Positions 52,601 through 62,624 of a DNA stretch of 62,624 nucleotides are shown piece after piece. The stretch is from Thalia democratica (lineage: Eukaryota). Location of the stretch: NCBI GenBank assembly GCA_965202585.1, contig CBDBBG010000332.1:1-62624 (forward strand), in the 5' to 3' direction. Each line of letters begins with the position of its first letter. Positions within the stretch are counted from its first letter, which is position 1. Made by a program: the position numbers and the translations under genes. The notes beneath the pieces were generated by a model that worked only from the letters and a program-made list of their open reading frames with translations, was not told the origin of the DNA and did not search any database.

Positions 52601-54432
52601 TGCGTGGGCCAAATTTAAATTCGTTTTTTTTTTGCTGCTTAACAAAGTTAAGTAACTTAGTTAAGCTTCTTTTTTTTTTGAATTATTAAAAAACCTTAAC
52701 GAGAAAGTTTGACTAAAAGCTTTCATTTAGATAAAAAAATTAAAAATTTTTAATTTCAAATTTTTTTAATTTTTTTATTTATGAAGTAATTCCATTTTGA
52801 AGAATTTACCGAGTTTTAAAAATATTTTCTAAGTTTCATTAAGTTGGTTATTTTTAATTTTTCAACTTGTTTTGTTTCAACGTAAAAATTAAAAGTAAAT
52901 AAAATTCTTACTTGTTTGTGATTTTTGTTAAAAAAATTAAAAAAAGTAATAGATAAAGTAACTAAAACAAAATATGGAAAAGTTAGTTATACATAATAAC
53001 AATCAGTTATAATAATATTAAACGACGTGAATTATGAGAGAAAACAAAAATAGTTTTAATCTACCTAAAGTAAAGCTTGTTAAGTATATTTTGTTATTTA
53101 GATTATCATAGATTATCAAGTTTAGTTTAAAATGCTGTAACAGTGAAACGTAACGCTTTAGTAAAATGCTTACTGTTGAATTACGAGTTGTTGTAGTTTT
53201 ACCCCATGGCAAGTATGGTACCTGCTACTTAAAGTTTAACCTCATACGCTTGTAATGAAAAACTGTATCACAGTTCATTAAACAGTTAGTAAAAGTGTAT
53301 TAAATAACCCAAATCAGCTTTTTTTTAAAGTTTAAATACCAATTTAATGTTACTAAAATTGAATGAAGTTTTGTAACAAAACTGTTTTGTTTGATAATAT
53401 GTTAAAAACTATCTTCATGTTTATTTGATAAACTGAATAGTTTGTACTATTCACCTTTTGCATTTCATAGTACATGGAATTTTGACTAATTATGACGTAT
53501 GCTGTGACAAAAGGAAACACTGACGTCAAAATTATTCATTGTAAATAAATAAATTATATTTTAATAATTTTTTGATTTACAGTAAATTTATTATTTGTAA
53601 AGTTATACATACTAAAAGTTTTGAAAATAGTTTTTAAAGAAAAATGTTATGGAATAAAACTAAATTTAATAAGGTCATCATTAAAGTACATTGAGTAGTT
53701 TTAAAAGTAAGGAACTTTTTCAAAAAACGTATAGTATTATTGTTTAATGCTTTATAAATTTAACTCTTGTAAAATATAAATTTTAATAAAAAGTTGATAA
53801 ATATTTAATATCCGTTTGTTGCCCATACATATTCCGTTTGGTTTTGTAAGCTATAAAAAAATAAAATCATTTCTTTAATTTACATTAAGTTATCTAATAC
53901 ATTATAATGTTAAAAAGTTATTCTCACAATTTTAATCCGTGTTATACCACCCTATAAGATAAAACACTTTTCTAAATTATCTTCAAAGTTTTGTACATTT
54001 TTATCTTATTAAAAGTTAAAACTATTATCTGTTTGAAAATTTGAAAAGCGTTTTAATGCAATTATTTTTAAGAATGTTACTCACATCTCAATAAATGTAA
54101 GCTTTTCTGCTTAAATTTTAGTAGACATTAGCGTGTTGGTCTATACGGTGTGCATCTATAAACAATATAGTAGTGTGCATAGAAACTATTCCAATCTGCA
54201 CAGAAAATTTATTTAATTTTAAGAAACGGGTATTTTGCATTTTAAATAAAATATTCCAATATTTCTAAAGCACTTTATTCTAATGAGCATATTCAAAGTA
54301 AGTGGTTTCAATTAAGCCAGAAACTTGAAAAAAGCGACTAAAGACGGGTTATTCACAAAGCAATGGAACTTGTGTTGTTTAGGTTCTAGTTTGCTTACAC
54401 CCAACATACTATTTGCGGACTGGATCCGACCT

Positions 54433-56340
54433 TCACCATAGTTTTAAAAGCTGTTTAACATTAACAAACAAACTTAAATAATAACATAAAAACATGATAC
54501 AATTTAAATTTTGAGTTAAATTTGCTTGTAATGTCATGATTATATTGTTATAATTTCTTATACAGAAAAACCCAAAGTTCAAAAGGTAAAAAATTAAAAT
54601 AAAACTTTGCATCAACAAACCAGCCCGCTAAAGTCTACGTTAAACAAATCCGGTCCGTTATGTATAAACGACTGCAGCATCTGATCTAAAAACTCGAGAA
54701 GTTGCCGAACCCTATTCTAATTCGTTATTAATTTTTATTAGCTTAGTTTACCATTTTAGTTAAACTAAAAATAAACACAAAAGTATACAATCAGTAAGTT
54801 TTAAAATAAAAACATAACCTGCACACTGTACGATTTTAGCAAGAAAATAAGAACTTCGAAAAAATTAGAAAGAAAAAATTAAATTTTTTAAAAAGTAATG
54901 TAGAAATACTTATATTTTCCAACAAAATAATATAAATTTGCCCAACTATAAAACTAGATAAGTGAAATACCTCTATAACTAGATACCTTTAAAACTTATG
55001 CTCTCACTTCTTATTTTTAATTTATCTTAGACACAAAAGTTTTAGCAAGTTTTATCAAGGTTTAAACATTTGTTTAAAAAATTTGAAAGTAGTTTTTATA
55101 GTTAGTAGCTATATTGTCGTTTTTGTGCTAACTTCAAAACACGTTTTATTTTCATGTGTCTCTTACTTAAATACTTTTTTTTGTCTTAATTAGCTAAACT
55201 ATTTTTATACTGCTGATTTATAGTATGCTGATACAAATTATGTTATCAGCTTCATATCTACTCTAAAAAATTGTTTATTATGCTTTTAACTACATATAAA
55301 TCAATACGCATTAAAACAATGATTATTTGATAAAAACTAGAAAAATAACTTAAACAACAAAAATTTCAAAAGGACCTTCATTTACATATTCGTTTAAGTT
55401 ATTATAATAATTTTTAAAAGAAATTTTCTTAAATAAAAACTTATCAAGATAAATAGACTTATAAAGCACTTATTTATAATAAAATAGAATAAAACTAGAA
55501 CTCAGGTCTTAGTCCTGTTACCGTGATTCGATCCTTAACTTCTTGACAATGACTACATTTCGTATGTTTATACTATCAGACTATTATTTTTAATCTGTTT
55601 TATTGGTATATATAGTATATTATTTGTATATAATTAAATGAAGTTTTATTAATATATTTTTTCAAAAACAGTGTGTTAATAATGTTCAATAATCACTTAA
55701 TCTGAGTAATAAAAAAGGATACTGTATAACTTGTTACTATTATGTATAAAACACTAGTACAATAAAAGCTTTTGGCTCGATATAACCAATAAGTACTTTT
55801 AGTATAAATACTGTACACTACACACTAAAAACTTATGTATTTCTAACTTTTTTTGGCATCGAAAAACTAAAGTTGCTTGATGAATTTGAAACGTAAATAA
55901 AATAATCTGAGAACAGAAAGGTAAAACGTACACAGCAGCTCTTGAGGCGTGAAACGCATATTTACAAGATTTCTGGTAACAGTAATCATATACTCCTCGA
56001 AGTAAGCTTCAATACACTTTCTAGTGGCTGCTTCTTGTCTGTTCATCCATGTAACAATGTCGTTTACTGCTAACCCGCATCTATCTTTTATGGTTTCTGT
56101 GCAACGTAGAGTTTGTTTCGATTTGTTGTAATTTATGTACTCGTAATAGATCAAATCAGAGTACAGCTTCCAGTAGCAAGACTGCTTAGTAGAAGGAAAG
56201 GGTTTTGGGTTTTCAGACGAAAACAACAGAGAGTCTTGTTTGCTGCACAATTCGTTGTAATTTCTCGGATAGCAAGAGTTGTCAGCGTAATTTGTAGCTA
56301 TTGCGAGCCTTGCCACAAAAATTATAAATAAAATATTCAT
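54433..56340 (-). CDS. Secreted Cys-rich protein of unknown family (~185 aa); exon 56340-55928 well supported, tentative exons 55552-55522, 54716-54621, 54450-54433
   Basis: Signal peptide MNILFIIFVARLAIA and a long open frame with spaced Cys. Downstream exons (HCQEVKDRIT; NRVRQLLEFLDQMLQSFIHNGPDLFNVDFSGL) join in phase but rely on weaker splice sites. Confidence 0.6.
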
Positions 56341-59300
56341 TGCAAATCTATTAGAAGCTTTTAACAACTTATGAACTCAAACAACAGAATTCAGTAAGCT
56401 GATTGGTTACAAAACTTAGTTTCTCAGTTAATGTTTAAACTTAGTATAATGCTAAGAAACTACATCAGATTAAAGTGCAAAAGTTTGTTCTGTCAACTAC
56501 AGCTGTTTCGAAGGACAACAGTTGTCGTTTTCTTCAGGCCTGCTATGAAACTAATGCAAGATAAATTAAGAAAAAAAAATTAATTTAGCACACTCTAGTG
56601 TATAAAATATTTAGCTTATAACATGTAAGTTTGCTGTGGTGTGCTGGTGCTGATTAAACTTGAAATTTTATTTAAGAATGAAGAAAAAATTATTATTGAT
56701 TTTTGTCTGCTCATTTTTGAAGGACAACTTTGAGCTATTACGTTTAATTCAACACTTTTAAGCTTATTCTAATCCGCATAAGTAGAAATAATCAAATAGT
56801 TAGATACTTTTTAGAGTAGATATAAATACAACTTAATGTTTTATAGAAAATACAAAAAAACCTAAAGTTTTGTTACTTGATAAAATAAAATGTTTAAAAC
56901 TATAGTTGCTATATATGATCTTGTTTATAATGTCATTTTTGTTTGATAACCACCACATAAAACATAGGAAAAACCATGAAACATTCCATGAAAAAGTAAA
57001 ATAAACAGAATTAAAAGGAAAACATTATTTTTTTCAAACTTTTTATTTTGTGTGAAGTTACGTTAGTTCCTTGCGTAACTAAAGTAAAAAAAACTTCATA
57101 AATATTTTTACTTTTACTAATTTGATTATAATTTAGTTTTCTCTAAACATGGCTACAGTAGTTTTTGCTTTTAAATAAATAATTACAACTAAGCTTATTT
57201 TAATTAAATTGGGCTATACATAGTTTAACCAAAAATATTTTTTGTAATAAAACAAGTAAGTTAAAAATTTAAATTTGTAAAATAATTTTCTTCTTAAACG
57301 AAATCGATTACTTACATCCCATTTAATTAATTTTTTTACATTGGGAAATGTTTTCTTTTTTTTATCAAATTGTAGCTGTAATCAAAATTATATCAAATTT
57401 AGTTTCCTGTGATAAAAAAATTATATTGAATTCCATCTAATGTACAAAGTTTTACAAACTTAAAATTTTCCAAACTTTATTAAAAACTGTGGTATTTTGC
57501 CTTAATTTGAATTGTTGGAATTTTTTTGACCAAATTTGAACAGTCATGAAATTTTTTTAAACATAATTTGTTTGAATTAAAACACTATAATATTTTAAAA
57601 TAGTTATAGTTTGAACTATCTATATAGAAAAGCTTGCTTTCAAAAGTTTTAAAGCACTAAATATGTGACATAGAAAAACAGATGTATCGATTCATACAGT
57701 GTACAATTTTTTTATTCAAACTATATATTTTATAGTTTTAAGCTTAATTACTGTACAAAAAGTAGTTATTCTAAATATAGCATTTGATATATTCTTAAAG
57801 TATTTATAATTTAAAAACTGTTTAATGTTGTTAACAGACAGTACTGTATGAGTAGTGTGTGAGATTTTAAAGATCTGAAGTAGTAATTAATACTCTTTAT
57901 TTTTGCTAATCAAATATTCTAAAAGTTTTTTTTTTCATTTCAATCTAAGTTAGAACATTTTACAGTTAAATGTTGATTGAACTACTAGAGACAATACATA
58001 TGCTTAAGATTTTTAAGAAGAGTTACTTTGGAATAAAATACTATTTATTGACTTTGAATATATTTATATTAGTAAATTGAATAGAAAAACTTTACATACT
58101 TTTTAAACGTGTTAGTTTTGGTGATAATAAATAATTAAAAATATTAATCAATTTTAAGTAGAAGCGGATTTACTTTAGCCTTTCACTTTGAATGTGCACT
58201 TTGTATATTTACTTAAATATTGATTTTATTCCAGTTTTATAGAAGGTATTTTAGAAACATTTTGGCAGAAAAATGTTTTGTTTGTTTTTATGTTTTATTA
58301 TTTTTCTACAATCTTTTTGTATGAAAATTTTGTATATGTTTAAAATGCAACCGACACAGATTGAGCTTGCACCTATAATTTACTGAATAATTGAAGATCG
58401 AATGTAAAACTTGAAAACAACCAAATTTGTCATTAGATTTAGTAAAAAATAGCAATAATCTTTAAAAGTAGAAAACTTCTTTTTCTTTTGACTAGGTAGA
58501 ACAACAGCTACAGTGCAACGCCCCTGAGAATTACTATATAAAACACTTGTTAAAGCTTTAAGACTCTGTTATTTTTTGATAAATCATTTTCTAAAGTTTT
58601 AAATAGAATTGTTCTTTTTTATTTCAACTAAAATAACACATAAGAGTAATTAGATTTGATCTGATTCAGTTTAAGCCCTTGTTTCGTTTAAGTTTAGATT
58701 AAAATTAGCAATCAGCTAGTTGAAAGCTCAAAAAGTTGTTCAGATATCATCTGCATATTGAAGCTAAAATACTGTATTTTAAGTTGATATTAGTACCAGC
58801 ATTCTCTAAAGCCTTATTAAAAGCTGAGTAATCTATTTGTATAATATAAAATTTAAATTTATAAACATTTAATAAGAATATTAACTAAGTCTTCTATTTC
58901 AAAAAAGTAAAGTTGTTTAGTTTTGAATTTTTTCAGTATAAAAAACTTTTGAATTTAGTAAGATTAATCCAATTTGTTAATTTGTAATTCAAACCTGACA
59001 AACTTCAATCGTTTTACCAGTACAATTATTCTTTCTATATAACTTACAGAAATAAATCTACATTTTATATATAATCTAGTATAATAAAAACTAAGTTATA
59101 TAAACTTTATTTATTTTAAACTATTTTAATTGCATTTTTTTTTTCTTTTTTATATTTTAATTAGAATTGCAACTTTATAGTACACAGGTTCTTTTTTTAT
59201 CAAAACTTTGATTAAAAAACACTTTTATACACGTATTAGTCTCTACACTTACAAACTACTAAATTAAAAAATGCTAATTAGTTCTTTTTATGATAATAAA

Positions 59301-60542
59301 CAAAAATAGTAATCGTTAGAAATACATACGCATTAGAATTTAACTCGCACATTATTTCAGATATTTCAGCATTAAAGACGATATTGTCAAATATTAAGTT
59401 GTTAATAAGTACCAAACAACTTAACTTTCCAGTTTAGTGGTAGCAAGTATTTCTACCTTAATTAGTGTATAAGAGAACACTTACTTATAAATTAAATGTA
59501 CAACAAAAACTTTTAAGATCTAAACGTTTACACTAAATGAAAAGTTTATTAGTCATGATGATTTATACAGACACTCGTTTTAACGACAATTGTAAATAAT
59601 TACGTATGAAGTAGACTTGTATTTCGCGTAACCATATAATTACAATAGTAAACACTTTCCTAGTGCAGCTTCAAGAAAACGTGTGATGAATCACGTTAAA
59701 ATCTTTAAACAATTATTTTTTAAATAACAACAGATGAAGCTTGTATACAGTTTTTAAGCTTGTTTGTAATTAATTGTTCATATAAACTTTTCAATTTCAA
59801 CAAAAGGTCAAAGAGCAAAAAATGCAAATCGTTGTTACCAAAGCGGGGAATCGTGTGAAACGTGAGGGAATCTTCATACGTATTAACAGCATTATGACGT
59901 ATGCAGAACAAACGTAAGCCAGTGGCGGTTACAATGCGGAAGGTAGTTTGAGGCTGAGTGTTCAGAACGTTTCGTGTTGACAACTAACAGAAGACAAATC
60001 TCGTTTGATGACGAGCGAACTATCTTTCTTTAAAACCAACAAATTTCACAAGTTCAAAGCGTAAACTTTTTAATGAGTAAAAAGCGAAAGTTCTGCTGCG
60101 AGGTTCTTGTATAAAGTAGTCGGGCAAGCGAGCTTGCAAAAGAGCCGTAAACGTGGAAAGAGGAATCTGTGCTTTGAAACATCACGTAGAGAGAGAGGTA
60201 GATTTTTACAAAAAGTGTGTCAGAAGCGTTAGTACCTAGAATGGCCGATTTCGTTTTTGCCGCCACAACAAAACATGTGTTTTTGTACACCAATGCTCGA
60301 AATAAATTAAAGCAGTTGAAAAGTGCCTCGACAAGCCGTTTAAATCGTCAGTTTTGAGGTAGAATCGAACTTGTTTTCAATTTTATTGTTGACTATTCGT
60401 CGTTTGGTAGGAACAAAGCAGTCTTCGAAGAATCAAACTCGGAAATAAAAATAAAGTAAGTTTCGAACTAAACGTTAAACTGTGATCATAATTTTAAGTT
60501 CTTTAAATTTTTTTTTTGGCCTTGTTACTATCTACGCCTCTG

Positions 60543-62624
60543 TTACTTTCGTTCCTTGCTCAAACGTAGCGATATCTCCAGCTGTAAAATAAATTAGGTT
60601 TAAAATTTCAATTGAACTTATCTTTTCAAATAAATATATAAGTGTTCCTTAAAACTAAAAAGTCAAATTTTTAGGTTTTAAAAGATTGTTTTTAAATTTT
60701 TTGGTTAAACATTTTGAACCGGTACAAACTACTCACTCAAATTCTCCGTGTGTTTGAAACTATGTTTTGGAATCGGGTAAGACAGCAAAACTTTGTCGGC
60801 TCCATTCTAAACGAAGTATGAATTTATTAATTACAAGCTACTTTGTGAAAACTTACGTTGTAATAAACTATTAAATTGTCATCTTACCTGGTCAACAGCG
60901 ACCTCCAGTGGTTGGTTTCCGCCGAAAACCGACCTCATTCTTTCTTTGATGCTTTTCTGGGGCGAGACTGAGTTGTTGCCGGACCTGGTCAGTTTGTAAC
61001 TTGTTTATTTTTTAAGAAGATTAGAATAAAAGATCATTTTATAACCTATAAAAGAAAAACTAAGTTTGTTTGTAACGTTGTCGTACTAAAAAGCGATACT
61101 AAACTTTTACCTTTAATGCCAAGCATTTTCTATGTATTTCAATTCACGTTTTCTATTTTCATCATGCATAAACATCACGTTTTTATTTACGGTTTGCATA
61201 TAGTTAAAAATATATTTAAATTTTAACTTTGGTGGAACAGGAAAAAACAGGAAACTAACCTAAACTTTGGTGAACTTTCATGTTTGTGTAGTTTTTCTTC
61301 GACTAAACTGATTTTGTAGTCCTTCTGTGTAAGTTACACGAAAGTTAAGAACAAAATCCTTAGAATTATTTTGTTTTGAAAAGGAAATAAGTTAAAATTT
61401 GAAAGCATTGCTCAATAAACTGTTTAAATGAAAAATTATTAGTAGCAATAAATTGGTACATAAAATCCCTAGATTTTTGCATAAAAAAACTTACATTTTC
61501 TTTCTGGAGTAAAAAATTGTTTTGGTTGTTATCAATGTTCACAAACGGCTGCCGGAAATTTACTTCAACTTTATCTCCGGTTTGTAAATCTGAACTTGAC
61601 GTTTTACTGTGAATCAAAAAATAATTACTTCCTGAAAACTTTTTAGGGTTACAGTTATATATCGTACTCAATACATAAAAGCAATATCGTTTTATCGTAA
61701 CAAGCGATAATTAACTAAAATGTTATGTACGCAATCTTTTTTTTATTTATAATTTTGTTTTTATGTTAAAGGTAAATATTATCAACATTATTTATTTAAG
61801 AGTTTAATTCATCAACCTGCTTTTGTAGGTTGTTTCGATTTCAGACATTTCTAATTGAGCTGCGTCTCTCTTCTCCATACAATTGAAACAAAATATTGAC
61901 TTGTGAAAGTAGTTTCTGTTGTGAAAGTAGTTACATATTAAAATACATGCACATTTTGGTAAAACAAATAAGTTTGCAATAAAAACTTGAAAACAAATAT
62001 TCAACAATGTATAGATATTTTTTGTTTATAGCTACAAAGTAAATAATTGAATCATTATTAAACTGTTTTGACTCAAAGTTATGATCGTATTTTAAGACAT
62101 AAACAGTCAATATTGTCTTGAATTCAAGTTGGTGAGTTTATATTATTAGAATAAAGAAATTTTAAACTTTTAAGTGTTCATATTTTTCTTTGTTATATTA
62201 TTTAGATTAATTTTATAGAAACTAAGTAACTAGTCACTTAATAATCGTTTTATTTAGTTAAATAAAATCAAGCAACTTTTATACAAACGCTAATGGTCAT
62301 ACTAGTCGTAGTTTTTAAAATACTTTGTATTAAGGAATACAAATTCATTTAACGGGAATATTGATTACAAAGAACAGCCCTAGAATTTAATCGATTATTT
62401 TTTATAGAAACGCTGTGTACATAGTCATTAAAAAAAAAATTATTAAGCTTTTATCATAAAAGTAATGTTTTTTTTCACTTTGATGTGTATTAAACAAAAG
62501 TTATTAGTTCCGACCTGTTGCCGTTTTTTACAACTTTCCACATCAGTAGAGCGAAAAGGGTGACGATGAAAACGGAAACCATTACGGGAACCATTATTTG
62601 CAAAATGGTTGCAAAGTTGCCTGC
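60543..62624 (-). CDS. 3' part of a single-pass membrane protein gene (TM helix plus ~160-aa cytoplasmic tail); exons >62624-62515, 61915-61817, 61666-61495, 61324-61260, 60999-60888, 60581-60543
   Basis: TM segment IMVPVMVSVFIVTLFALLMWKVV. Five downstream exons join in phase and end DQLEISLRLSKERK*. The ectodomain lies outside the window. Confidence 0.7.

Noticed and set aside
53018-53212. Possible extra minus-strand exon (VPYLPWGKTTTTRNST)
   Set aside because: Could not be linked in phase to a neighbouring gene model.

Overview
Very AT-rich, intron-containing animal genomic DNA, probably an invertebrate (a tunicate-like genome is a guess only). Gene models were built by hand from GT-AG sites and phase continuity. 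Genes: an AADAC/NCEH1-type esterase with a TAG stop in its HGGG-W motif (5088-10334); a 9-exon type I membrane protein with a glyco-repeat, two EGF-like domains, three unusual 4-Cys exon modules and a Tyr/acidic tail (15667-20613); two tandem 8-exon paralogs encoding a very large RS-repeat domain plus two putative divergent RRMs (34022-38524+, 39709-43847), with a third truncated copy at the window start; a GPI-type Ly6/uPAR gene; an unknown secreted Cys-rich protein; and the 3' end of another single-pass membrane protein gene. Mobile DNA: a decayed Penelope-like RT, a decayed hAT transposon and MITEs. The most striking feature is a 333-bp insertion with a 14-bp target-site duplication that carries two intact minimal type I hammerhead ribozymes back-to-back in a 113-bp inverted repeat; a related third hammerhead lies beside the Penelope-like remnant. 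A nested array of ~2.45-kb and ~4-kb duplications lies upstream of the RS genes.
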